Shown: one piece after another, positions 48,908 to 62,725 of the stretch | Position numbering within the stretch: the first letter of the stretch is position 1 | How the letters are laid out: each line of letters begins with the position of its first letter | DNA from: Octopus vulgaris | Taxonomy: Eukaryota | Assembly (NCBI GenBank): GCA_951406725.2 | Contig: OX597825.1 | Location: forward strand, 9,362,001-9,426,000 | Length of the DNA stretch: 64,000 nucleotides | Direction: 5' to 3' | The notes under the pieces: model-generated | Databases searched by the model: none | Seen by the model: the letters and a program-made list of their open reading frames with translations, nothing else | What the model was told of the DNA's origin: nothing | Made by a program: the position numbers and the translations under genes

Positions 48908-49345
48908 ATATTTCGGACTGATCATTTTGCCAGTTTAGCCAATAAAAACACACGCACTATATATTTGGTGTTATTTTGCTTCAGTGTTATTTATTTTTTA
49001 CATTAATCTTAATTTTATTTCGGCCAGAGTTCTTTCGTCACACTCTTGTGACCGCATCAGTGGTCCTTTGTTTTCTTCTTTCTTATTTGTGTCTCTCCTT
49101 ACTAACCGTCAGCCATTTTGTATTTCTATTGTATGTCTTCATTTGCGCATGCTTATATCTATGTGCGTCTATGTTTATTTAGTGTGTGTGTAGGGGGGGT
49201 TGCCTGTAATATTTGTATCTCCTGTTTATATACGTTCATGTAACTTGTTTTCATTGGCTAAACTGGCAAAATGACCATTCCGAAATATAACAATATATGT
49301 TTCAACACACGACTTCATATAAAAAATCTTGCACAAAAAATATAT
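48903..49345. mobile_element. Penelope-like non-autonomous insertion with inverted ends, within (TA)n
   Basis: 40-bp inverted repeat 48903-48942 / 49253-49292; internal hammerhead motif; right end encodes [22 protein letters not shown]; flanked by long (TA)n on both sides. Confidence 0.8.
49022..49066 (-). ncRNA. Minimal type-I hammerhead ribozyme motif (A9>C in this copy)
   Basis: GGACCA-CUGAUGC-G-GUCACA-agag-UGUGAC-GAA-AGAACU-C-UGGCC: perfect 6-bp stem II, stem I GG(A)CCA/UGGCC, short stem III, UC cleavage site. Confidence 0.7.
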
Positions 49346-49370
49346 AAACGTATATATATATGTGTATATA

Positions 49371-49479
<109 letters not shown>

Positions 49480-49562
49480 TATATATATATAATATATATG
49501 ATAATAACTCAGAACGTAGCGGCAGACAAATACCGCTATTTCGCCCGGCATCTAACGTATAT

Positions 49563-49622
<60 letters not shown>

Positions 49623-49677
49623 TTTGTACACACACATATATATATAAATATATATGTATATATTTATATATATAAAG

Positions 49678-49708
<31 letters not shown>

Positions 49709-51320
49709 CACATATATATATATATACATATATATATATTTGTGTATATATGTGTGTGTGAGTGCGTGTGTGTGTTTTCACAATGATAGCAGCGAAACAC
49801 CTTTTTTCTTTATCTTTCTACCTATATATCACCCTTCTCTTTACCTCTCGATATGTATGTATACATGTATACATGTATGGATGTGTTTCTTTTAATGTGC
49901 ATGCATGCATGTGTGTGCGCACGCGCGTCTGTGTTTTGGTATGTTTGTACTTAACTAATTATATCATACCACAGGTCAAATGCACTCGTATAAAAATATG
50001 TCTTTTTTAAACATTTAGAATGGTTCTTTAGTATTTCGAAAGGTTTCGCAAAAGAAAGAAATTTCTCATAAGAAAATCAATTTCCGTTTTATCGACCTAA
50101 CTCTAATATAGAGATTTCACTGAATGTTGATTAAAAACGAAAGTAAAATAAAATACCAATTCAAAAGCAGCATATTTAACATTTTGCTAGACTTTGTGGC
50201 ATATGATAAAACTACGTCACTATCTTTTATCTGAAAATCGTGTCAAAATTCTAACAGCATTCTCAAATCTTCCATTACCTGATACATAGTTAAATGACGT
50301 ATGTGAATTACAGTTGGTAATTCTGAGCGTTGTCGATAAGTGGGCGTGGTAATTACAACTCCCACCTTTGAGTGACGCAAATTTAAATACTGACATGTAA
50401 ATATTATTTAGTGAAGCAAATATAAAATTTCAAAAAATAAACACGATGAAATCATGTTCATTTTTCACTAGAGACAAACACTATAAAATTCTTATTTCAG
50501 GCACTTTTCGTTGACAGTCACTTCTAAAATGGGATTAATATTCAGTATTGAGGTGTCTGTCTTCTGTATCTAAGTTAAAGGTTGTGCTAACTTGAATCTT
50601 TTCAAAGTATCATTCATGTGACTTAGATGAGACACTCGCATGCCCAAAATGGAAATAGTGACCATCTGCTGGATTTATAGAGAAATATCCACCTATTAGG
50701 GCTATGATAGTATGGCTAGACATCGAAAATAGAAATCCTTGCTAACACAACTATATTTCAAAGTGCAGTTGATTAAAAATTCAGGCACTTTCAATACACA
50801 TATCTCAAAGGATATTCATCAACAATGAAAGAAGCCATCGGTACCCAGGGTTGTAACTTACGACGACGACATAGAGAAGGATGAAAATAATCATAGTACA
50901 TTAGAAACCACCCCAGTTTCAGAGATACCTTGATTTTTATCAGATTATTCAGGAGACTAAAAAATTAAGTCTTCTAATACTTATGACTTTCCACAGAGCA
51001 TTTAATGCGTCAGTTCCAATAACATGAGTGTAAATGTATTAAAGTATGTGAACACTTACTGGAGAATTTAATAAAATTTCGCTTCCTACTTTAAAGACTT
51101 CTTCACTATTGCATTTGGCATCGACGTCAAATATTCCTCGTTACGAAAACCTTATTTCGTCTTTTCGGTGATCATTTCGTTGTCGCAAAAATAAAGCAAT
51201 GAATAGGAAGAAAAAACTTACGACGCTTTAGTTGAGCGAATGCATATGATTGTATACAATAGGGAGTGCTTCATACACACACACGCGCGCATACACAATG
51301 TGTATGTATTCATATACAGA

Positions 51321-51382
<62 letters not shown>

Positions 51383-51510
51383 CAAAAAAACACATTTTAT
51401 CAATTCAAAATGAACAATTAGATTACACCATCCAGAAAATTAATTGATTTAGTGTTTCTAAATTGCATTTCTTTCCCTGTAAGTTCGGATTTATATTCCC
51501 TCAAATAAAA

Positions 51511-51547
<37 letters not shown>

Positions 51548-51553
51548 TATTAT

Positions 51554-51607
<54 letters not shown>

Positions 51608-51697
51608 GTATCTATGTGTATATATATTTTTTACATACACATACACATATGTGTGTACACATATATCGATATGTAATATACTATAATATAGCATATG

Positions 51698-51752
<55 letters not shown>

Positions 51753-52586
51753 CCTAAACCTACATAGCTACACACTTTCAAAATGATATTATATAACGGT
51801 TATATGTGTATTACAATATCTTTGGCATAATCTAGCTCCATAGTCTTGTATTGACAATGGATATCAAACTTCCGTGTGTAACAGTTTGAATACCTAAGAT
51901 CATACACAGAATGCTAATTTCAACGCCTGGCTGGGATAAATATAAAAATTATTCAAGTCGCAACATAAAAGCCATACATCTTTAGCATATAAACACACAG
52001 AATATTTCCATATAAGGACATATGTACATTATGAATATTTACAAAAGTTGTTGGTCATAAATTATAACTTCACTGCATATTTTAACCAAATCTCATTCAT
52101 GTGATTTTCTAATGAATTACTGACAAATAGTGAAGTCAATAATGAGAAGCGTAATAAGATTTTAATCATCACGCAATCTCACTATAACATTTACATATGC
52201 TTTACCAATGCAAATACTATGTGTATTAATAACAGTTGCATTTCTTCAAAATATGAACGTGTGTATATATGTGTACATGCATTTATGTGTATACAAAACA
52301 CACTCATGCATATATGTATTTTTGTGTGTGTTTTACTGTTCCATTAAGGTAGGATCAACAAAAGCAGTGCTCAGTCAAGTGAGAGACAAACTTCATTTAA
52401 TGTATATTGTATAAGAGCTTCTGATAGTTTCTTGCCATTGAGACACGTGGTTAGTCAGACTTTTATACAAAGCCTTGTGTCTCCAAGCAATCATCAACCT
52501 CTGGACACATGGTTTGTTCTAAGAGAACAAACTATAGCAAGGAACTATTAGTAGCTTTTATTTTAAAACAGTGTATATAATATGTA

Positions 52587-53867
52587 CTGGGTTGGCAAAA
52601 AAGTAATTTCGTTTTCCGCAAATAGTTAGTGTTAGGATTTTTTTGAATGACTTTTGTTACTGTTATGAAGTTTTTCCTTTTGACATATGATAGCCGTTAC
52701 TTTTAACTTACTTTATAAGCAAATTACGCATAAATTTGCTCACTGTTGTTAGTTCAGTGTCAATTTTAACATGGAGTGCAAAAACGAATATTTTCGCCAT
52801 ATTTTGCTTTTTTATTTCCACAAAGGCAAGAAAGCTACTAAGGCTCACAAAGCGATATGTATAGTTTATGCTATTGGTTGCTTAACAGAACGCACATGTC
52901 AGAAATGGTTTTAAAAATTCCGTTCTGGAGATTTTTGACTCAAAGATGATTAACCTTCTGGTTGATGATGACCAAATGAAAGCCCTAATTGAATCTGATT
53001 GTTATATAACTGCACGAGAGATTGCAGAGAGGTTATATGTATCATACACAACAATTGAAAATCACTTAAAATATCTTGGACTCATTAAGAATCTCGATAT
53101 CTGGGTTCCACATAAATTGGAAAAGATTCACTTAACACATTGAATCAATATTTGCGATATGCATCTCGAATGCAATGGAATCGACCTTTTTGTTGCGACG
53201 AATCATCGCTGGTGGTGGAAAATTGATTGTGTACAATAACATCAATCGAAAACGATCATGGTCCAAGCGTGATTAACTATAAACAAACCACGTCGAAAGC
53301 TGAATTGCATAAAAAAAAGGGCCTACTGTCAATTTGGTGAAATAATAAAGGTGTTGTGTAATTTGAGTTGCTTCCAAGGAACCAAACGATCAATTCAGAT
53401 GTTTAGTGTCATCAACTAAGGAAACTGGAGGAAGCAATCAAAGAAAAACTCCCAGAATTGGCATATCGTAAAGGAATCGTATTCCATCATGACAACGCTA
53501 GACCACACGCGTCTTTTCTAACTCTTGAAAAATTCTTAGAGATTGATTGGGAAGTGATGTCATATGAATGATATAGCCATGACCGTGCACCATCAGATAA
53601 CCATTTATTTCAAAGTTTGCAAAATTCTTTGAATGGTAAAACTCTCAATAACCATGATAACCTAGAAGTGCACTTGCTTCAGTTTTTGGCTGGTAAAGAC
53701 CAGAAGTTCTATTAGCGCGGAATTATGAAGTTACCAGAAAGATGGCAAAAGGTCATTGAACAAAATGGAAAATATGTAATTTTCATACAAAGTCCATTTT
53801 TTGGTATGAAAAAAAAATTACTTTTATGTCACACTAAAAAACTGAAATTACTTTCCTGGCAACCCAA
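52587..53867 (+). mobile_element. Dead mariner transposon (mellifera-subfamily-like)
   Basis: TA-flanked TIRs ctgggttggcaaaaaagtaatttc / gaaattactttcctggcaacccaa. ATG at 52771: MECKNEYFRHILLFYFHKGKKATKAH; WVPHKL, HHDNARPH, YSHDRAPSDNHLF, LPERWQKVIEQNGKY. In-frame stops. Confidence 0.95.
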
Positions 53868-55599
53868 TATCTATATGTGTGTGAGTGTGTGTGTATGTGT
53901 GTACGTGTGTACGTGTGTATATTCTTTTACTTGTTTCAGTCATTTGACTGCGGCCATGCTTATCAAGCCTCTAAAATACCCTGGATAAAGCTGAAAGCGC
54001 TTAAAGAGGCGTCACTGTAGATGCTTGAAAATCTGTTACTATAATATCTACACACATTGAATCCTGTGCATAGTACTAGATATCTCCATCTTCGGGGTAA
54101 GTAGGAATATTTTGATTGACTCCTGTTTCTCGAAGAGACGGCATACAAACATGAGTTTTGTAGGCGCGAGTTTTGTTTTCTCTCTATTTCAGTTACATTT
54201 CATCTTATGTAAGATTTAAGATGTCTATTTAGAAGGCACTCCAATAGAGTAAAGACTTGGTATTGATGATGTTTGATGCAAGTTCTGGTAGGTATGCAGT
54301 GAGACGCGTAATGCACATAGTATTTATTTTTCGATATTGGAGTATTTCAGCATTTTTGGTCTGGTTCCTTTGTACGGTTCGTCAGTATTTTAACTGCTTG
54401 TAGGGCAGTTATATAAATGATATAGATAACGCTTTGTTTGAAATATTATTTTTTTTTCCATAACGTATGATTTCGAGAGATGTTGTCTGTTTAGTTTCAG
54501 TGACTGAATTTGTGAACAACCGAAGGCTGGTCTCGTTTTAGAGTTTATAACATTGTTTATTTTTTTGTCTTCTTATTTTTCCTTTTCGTTTGTAATAAAA
54601 TATATCTTCTTTTGTTTCTCTTCATCAAATATTTTTTATAGATTTTTGGTTTTTCTTTTTTAGCCCTTTCGTATGTGCTAGGTGCGTCAATCTTTTGTTA
54701 TTTCGATCTTCTTTCCTAAATATCTACCAGTAAATTATACTTTTACATTGATACTTATTTATATTTGGTCGGAAGCTACCATTTTTTCCTTTATTTTTGG
54801 AATCACCCGTTGTCTGTGTATCCAGATGAAATATTTAGAATAGCATTCGAATCTATTTTGTTCAGTTTTTATAAAAGAAGCTTCTGTTCTTCTTTTCGTT
54901 CTTTTGCTCCAGTTGAACTCTGATCGAGCAGTCGTTTGATTAAAGGTGTTCGAACCATAACGATATCATCTGAATCGTATGTGTAGTTCATCCAGGACAA
55001 ACAAACCTCGATAAGGCAAAAGTGGCTGAGAAGAGGTTAGTGCAACAATGCACGCCTGAAAGAGATTCAAGTGTTGTGTTTGACGATATTGCAAAGAACT
55101 GACGCGAGTGCAAAGGATTTTGGGAGAAATATGATGAATGATGCAAGCGCTTTTAGCTTTTAGATACGAAATAGATCCGGCAGGGGAAAGCTGCGCAGGA
55201 GATTCCAGCAAAAGTATAAGATGCATGAAGGAAATTTTTCGTGCCTAACATATGTCTTGCATCCATTGTGATGCATTAATTGATATTCATGATCACGTCT
55301 TTGTGTGAGGATCTTCTATTTTATAACCCGCTTTAATGAGCGGTATCAATCAATAAGTTATAAGCGTTATAGAGCTCAAGCTATATCTGGATAATGACTT
55401 GCAGTCATTAAAGCAAGCCAAATAGAGCTCTAGCTGACTACCTTGGCATATGTTTACACCGATTTATGGATGTGTAGGCTAAGCCAACAAAAGTTTGGTC
55501 CCTTAATCAATGATATAGAACCTTAGCAATAACAACGTATGTACTATCGGTTTTCTTGCGAATCTACAATTCTACGTATAGATGATCATTCAAAAGATA

Positions 55600-56285
55600 C
55601 TTAATCTATCTATCGGGGTCGTCCCTCAGGAAGCCCCAAGACTGTTTCCACACATTTCCGCCCACTCATCTCGAAATTCCATAATGGTCCTCAGCTCCTG
55701 TACCCCCTTCCATACCAGTATCCTCCAGCAAGTAGTCGATATAGGTCGTCTTATAGCAAGTAGTCGATACTGCGGCGAGCTGGCAGAAACCTCTGCAGTT
55801 ACATTCTGAGTTCAAATTCCGCCGAGGTCCACTTTGCCTTTCATCCTTTCGAGGTCGTTAAATTAAATGCCAGTTACGCACTGTAGTCGATATAATCGAC
55901 TTAATCCGTCTGTCTGTCCTTGTTTGTCTCCTATGTGTTTAGCTCCTTGTGGGTAGTATAGAAATAGATATAGGTCGTCTTACTCCTTCCTCTCCTGGTT
56001 CTTCCTTCCGTTCGTTGCCAGACCTCTAGCTTGTTAGCAATCTCATCGCTATGCTTGATGCAGTGTCCAGCTAGCTTCATCCTTCTATGCTGTATCTTCA
56101 GTGCTACTTTTGGTAGTGGCTAGTATAACCCAGCGTTTGCTGCATGACTTTCAGGAGATATTGAGTGACATTCTAAGCATTCAACTGCTTCTTCAATGCT
56201 TTAGTGAGCGTCCATGCTTGGGCCCCGTATAGAAGAACAGATTCCACTGTTGCCAGAAACAACCTCACTTTCAATTTCCTTGCTA
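55600..56285 (-). pseudogene. 3' fragment of RTE/RTE-X-like LINE, interrupted by a SINE
   Basis: RKLKVRLFLATVESVLLYGAQAWTLTKALKKQL...RRMKLAGHCIKH...KTTYIDYLLEDTG...ELRTIMEFRDEW. Confidence 0.82.
55771..55966 (+). mobile_element. Meta-type SINE (family B), internally deleted
   Basis: Matches 57706-57935; TSD gatataggtcgtctta at 55738-55753 and 55967-55982. Confidence 0.9.
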
Positions 56286-56701
56286 ACTTTGAACTCCAAA
56301 CCAGTTAAAGAACTGAAATTAGTCAGTTACGGTACTAAATATATGGAAGGTTTCAGTTTTACCAGATGCCAACCTCGTAGCTTTCATCCCAACACAGCTA
56401 TAGTCTTCATCCACCTACACGATGACTTCCTTCAGCCCCGAGTCGAGGATCCCAGTTTGCCGTCACAGTTCAATGATTCTATCATAGTTGCTGGAATATT
56501 CTATTGATTATATTGCAAACCAATGGCTTCACCCTCAAATTTGATGAACTAAATATGTCTAAAACTTGAACAGGATTATGGTTATATTATGTTCTTTCAT
56601 ATCAATGTATATTCTCTTATTTCATAATCATATTTATTTTCAAATTCATAAAACAATATTAGAATATTTATATACCTACATATATGTATCAATATACATA
56701 T

Positions 56702-56803
<102 letters not shown>

Positions 56804-57705
56804 TTATATATATATATATATTTATATATGTGTGTGTGTATGGGTAGGTGTGGTGTATGTATGTATATGTGTGTGTATATTTATATATCAAACAATATTC
56901 ATACCAAGACTGAAAGGATAATTGTAAAAATATAATTTTTAAAATATTACAAGAATCTAAGAATTAGAAATACCGTTAAGATACAAAGGGGACTCATGAA
57001 TCACATTATATTATCATACTGATTATTGTTTCATACAGATAAGTCAGGCTGAAAGAAACTGGTCTAGAATTCATTATACGTTGTTAAAAATATTTACTTT
57101 TCGTTTACATTCACATTTTTAGTTTAGTTGGATTAGTCTGTGTTGTGTTATGTCATTAAATTTGAAATAGCAGAGAACGGAACACTATACTGTCGCCTGG
57201 AATTAATTTTTTATTGATATAAGCTAAAGAAGTTTAATAAACGCTCACACACATTCACACACACACTCGCTAACTGTTCAGAAAGCCAAGTTAGTTTGAA
57301 GTAAATATGAAATGGATATGGTTACTGATTTAATTCAGATCAAAGCAATTCGCACCAGTGCAAAATATGAAAATAAAATGTATGAAATGACGGAAATAGT
57401 AATAAATATACGCATACACAGTGAGACACAGACACAGAAGCAGATGCATGCCAGCAGACATACATTCGCAATTATATACACACATACGGACACAAACAAA
57501 GATATTGGTTGCGGCTTTCGTGGTAGGAAGACGATCGGTTAGAAAACAATCTGTCTTAGATTATATAATTAATACATTTGAGATGTTTTCTAAGCGATTG
57601 TAGAGTTATAACATTTTAGTAAAAAGGTGACGAAAAGTCGGGTATCTTTGGCGAATCGTTAAGTTAATGATAAAATCGGGTAATTTTGACGAATCGTTAA
57701 GTTAA

Positions 57706-57938
57706 GGCAGCGAGCTGGCAGAATCATTAGTACGCCGGACGAAATGCTTAGCGGTATTTCGTCTGCCGCTATGTTCTGAGTTCAAATTCCGCCGAGGTCG
57801 ACTTTACCTTTCATCCTTTCGGGGTCGATTAAAAAGTACCAGTTACGCACTGGGGTCGATGTAATCGACTTAATTCTTTTGTCCGTCCTTGTTTGTCCCC
57901 TCTGTGTTTAGCCCCTTGTGGGCAATAAAAAAAAATAT
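57706..57938 (+). mobile_element. Meta-type SINE (family B), full length
   Basis: A-box TGGCAGAATCA-like, B-box GAGTTCAAATTCC, Meta-like core gtcgactttacctttcatcctttcggggtcgattaaaaagtaccag; TSD tcgttaagttaa (57694-57705 / 57939-57950). Confidence 0.9.
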
Positions 57939-60900
57939 TCGTTAAGTTAAATTGACGGAAGCAAACGAAGCAGATTGTCAAAGACACACACACACTTATA
58001 TATACACATATATATATATCACTTAAAATGCATTGAATAGTCGAGTACTATAGTAGAGGTCACTTGTTCAGGGTGCTGCTTCGTTGGACTGAACATGAAT
58101 CCAACCAGCTTGAAGACGAGCTTCCTGGCGATACAGTCATGTTTGCGACCATTGAAATGCCCATGCCTGTACACACACTCACCCAAACATAGATGTATAT
58201 GTGTGTGTATGTGCACGCGCATTTGAGTATGCACGTGAGAGCGGTGTGTGAGAGAGGAAGTGAGAGAGATGTTAGTGACGGCAGTACTCTTTGTAAGAAA
58301 TATCAATAAGCTTTAAACAATATAAGCAGCCGTAATCGTCCCCATAGATAATCTCCTACAGACATTTTGTGCTAAGTAGCACAGATTACATCGGCGGGTG
58401 AAATATCGGCAATATCGGTGGCCCAATGTTAAGTCGAATGTCCGTGTGGCTACGTCACCTGCGTGTCATATATTGCGCTGTATTTTACTGTACTTAAATT
58501 TAAATCAGGCAATTATCAGAAGTTTTATTGCATTTTCCCCCTGGTGGTCATATAAAATGTATTTGCAATTCACATACGAAACATGGATACAAAAATAATA
58601 ATAAAACGAGATTAAAGGCATCAATAAACTATGCGATCTCATAATAGCTATGTCTTTATATGGCTTACTCTTCGTAGGCATACAGATATATATCTGATAT
58701 TGCTTTATACATACTATATTAATCAATTTGCAAGTATAGTACTTGGTCTGCCTGACCTGTTTATCACGATGTCAAAATTGATCACAATTTCATATCTTAT
58801 GTCGGTGGGAATCGGTATTACATTTGTTATGTTATCATTAAATTCCACAGAGATTCTATAATCTACATAGGTCGTATTTAATGATAAACTTCATATTGAT
58901 TCTATGGATCTCAACACAACATTTGTAATATTTATAAGTTATACATCTCTGTAGTTCTGCTTAGCACCCCAAAGCATATAAATCACGATCAATCTCAATT
59001 AAGTGACTGAGATTTAACATTGCTATGATAGCGTTCCTAATATTCATTGACATCCCGTCTATTTGATTATATGAGCCATACGAGTGTTAAGCATTGGGAT
59101 ATATGCAATCTGGCTTGTGATAAAGGTCTACCGCGTTATTATCTTACTATCGTGGTCTACATAACATATCTAGTTTAATATTTGAAATAGTAAATGTTCA
59201 AAATATTTATATATATTTGATACCTACTCACTAGATTTACATTTGTCGGTTTAGCAATAAATCAGTAGATATTCTTCAGAATCTAATTTAAGCGTATGAG
59301 ATTTGAAATGATGCGTGTTTCCATGCATAACTGGAATATGTTGCTCCATCTGATCACGGATCATCTTTGTTAAAATGTTTATCTGGACTTGCTTAACATC
59401 TCTGTCCCTCCTCCATCACTTCGAGAATATCCGTAGCTACATGTGACTATATACCATTCAATGCTGCTCTGTTGGACACTCATACTGACCTGCTTGCATG
59501 TCTACCTCCGACGTTGCATGTAACAGTAGCTATTATTTTGGCTTTTTCCTCATTGACGTAAAAAAGCCCCTATATATGAATCTCTTTGGGGTGCCATTTA
59601 ACATATTAGCACAAGGGGTCAGTATGGAGAGCCACTACAATTTCATGCCGCCTTTCGACGTCCCACACGAATTTCAAGTACTTTTCAGCTGGCATTGTAT
59701 AAATGATATTTGATTAAGTGTCCTTTTGGTGGTCATGCGGTGAGGATGATATTTGTATTTCTTTCGCTATTGGCGTTGGTGGTGATGTTGGTCTCCAGCA
59801 CAACTTCTATGATGCACAAACGTAGCACTCTTTCTGGTGATCCTTTTGTGGCTGTTGTAGCAAGTCCCTGTTGTTGCTATAAACTATTTTGCATTTGCAC
59901 AGATTCGATGCAACGTCATCGGTGATGAAGCTGTTAGTATGGGTTCGTGACTAACTGGCGGTGATTATGGCAGCTGTGATGGGCGTTAATAGTGCCGATC
60001 TCACATATATACATTCCTGCTTTCACTTTTTACCGCAATGGGTTTGATATTACAATATTTTCAAAACAAAAGAAATGGGATGATTTTACTAGGTTTACGA
60101 GAAAAATAGCGAGAAAATATTCATTTCATTACGATCTCTGTCTCACAACAATAATAAAATATAATTTTTTTTTAATATTTATTAGGACAAAAATAAAAAT
60201 CGTGACATGTTGTCAGAAATAAAAAATATTTTTATAATAACAAAAACTGTGACCGCATTTTTTAAAAATTAGACAAGCATTTCTCAATTCTCTAATTTCG
60301 TATCAAACTATACGTCAAGTTTTACAAAAATTTCTGGAGCACTTTGCATTAAAACTGTTTTAAAAATACTGTTACGAAGTTATTGTTTTCTGTCTTCATT
60401 CATCATACAAAATTATGAACAACACGTTTTTATATCAAATTATAAATACGTTTTTCCGTATGCTCAATGTGTTGCCTTGAATTTTTTAAGATTATATTTT
60501 CAAAAACTCGTGGCGAGTAGTTTTGAGAATCATTGCGATATTTACTGTGCTATTATTCTTTTTCGATGTGTATTTAGTATTTATAATCCCCCAGTCAAAA
60601 TTGTATACATGTATATGAATTCCTCAAGCATTGGAATTTGTGAAATGTAGGATAACTCCATCTGGGGAAGATATGAACTCAAATTTGTTATCACTAAATA
60701 GAATTTACGTATATCTGTCCTCTTTGATTGCTTTACATAAAATCCATACCAATAATAAATACGGAGTTGCCCCATGCACCGCTTCTTAAATTTGTTTAAA
60801 AATGATGAAAAGAAACATGGTTCTTATCAATACGCTTATTATACACTCGTTAGTGGGGTGATTGCAAACAACAGTCTCTTAATCTTTCTGCAAAGTAGTT

Positions 60901-61166
60901 CGCCTTCTGGCAAAATTACATCTACAGACAAGGTGATGCAGTAACTGCAACTCCGTCGGTTACCACCAAGCCACTGCATTGTTCAACAGCAACGGGCCCC
61001 TGCTTCTTTAAGGCCCTGTAAATTCATAGTCATTCCTTCACTTACTTACCAAAAAAGATCTATCCATTAGATATACACTAAGAATAAATGTACTGAACAC
61101 AACACAGTATCATAACTAAGATTTAGTAGATTTGTTTACCATCGAATCTTCTTTGTTCTTACATAT

Positions 61167-61313
61167 AGACGCAAGCGTGGTTTTGTGGTAAGATGTTTGC
61201 TTCCCCACCACGTTGTTCTGGGTTCACTCCTACGGTGTGGTATCTTGGGCATTTGTCTCTTATATGGCACATGGCTGACCACAGCCTAGTGAATGTAGCC
61301 CGTTGTATGTATG

Positions 61314-61389
<76 letters not shown>

Positions 61390-61418
61390 GACAGAGACAG
61401 AGACAGAGAGACAGACAG

Positions 61419-61480
<62 letters not shown>

Positions 61481-61493
61481 GTAGGTAGGTAGG

Positions 61494-61587
<94 letters not shown>

Positions 61588-61830
61588 TAGAGTTATAGAG
61601 GTATTTTTACGTATGGATAAATGTATCTATGTGTGTTATACCTTTGTGTTTGTACCTTGGTACCGCCTCACCACCTGTTTTAGCTAACTTGGCAGTTCGG
61701 CATACCATAGCGAAAGAGAGTGCGTAGCAAGCTTCAAAACAAGTACTAAGGTTGATTCTTTCGACTAAAGCACTTCAAGGCGGTGCCCCTGCATGGCCAC
61801 AGCCCGATGTCTAAAACAAGTAAACCATAA
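61167..61830 (+). mobile_element. Old SINE family A copy with ~280-bp expanded internal microsatellite
   Basis: Head agacgcaagcgtggttttgtggtaag, B-box gggttcactcc, tail aggcggtgcccctgcatggccacag. Confidence 0.75.
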
Positions 61831-62315
61831 AAACGGAAAGACTTTTACGCAGTTAAAATTCATTTTCTATACAATGAAAAATGTAGATGGCTGAGTCGAT
61901 ACATTGTTAACCTATTGTCACAAGTGTGGGTGTGTGTATGTGTGCTGTATGTATGTGTGTGTTCCCTATCGAGTCAACGACGCAGCAACATGATAAGGTT
62001 AAATCACTTAACTCACTGAATAAATTTAGATGTAAATAAAATATCGTTCGTACGTAGAGCTTACGGTTATAAATAACGGGAAAAAAAAAACAGAATATTG
62101 ATTTCCTTCGTAGGGACAAAACCACAATAACTGCATATTGATCAATGACTTATTGAATTTTTAAAGCTATTAGAAATATAATTCACATACTTACTAAAGT
62201 TGATGGTTTTTATCCCCCAAGTCAGCTCTGATCAAGTAAACCTATAATCAAATATGTTCCGACTGACTGTCTTCACTTCAGATAGAGTCACAAAGACCAA
62301 AGCATCTGATACCTC

Positions 62316-62725
62316 CTTTACTCTTTTACTTGTTTCAGTCATTTGACTGCGGCCATGCTGGAGCACTACCTTTAGTCGAGCAAATCGACCCCAGGACCTA
62401 TTCTTTTCTAAGCCTGGTACTTATTTATTGGTCTCTTTTCGCCGAACCGCTAAGTTACAGGGACGTAAACACACCAGCACCGGTTGTCAAGCGATGTTGG
62501 GGGGGACAAACACTGACACACAAACATATACACACACATACATACATATATACATATATACGACGGGCTTATTTCAGTTTCCGTCTTCCAAATCCACTCA
62601 AAAAGGCTTTGGTCGGCCCGAAGCTATAGTAGAAGATACTTGCCCTAGGTTCCACGCAGTGGGACTGAACCTGGAATCATATGGTTGGTAAGCAAGCTAT
62701 TTACCACACAGCCACCCCTACCCCT
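62316..62725 (-). mobile_element. SINE family A, full length
   Basis: Reverse complement aligns end to end with 15933-16331. Confidence 0.92.
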
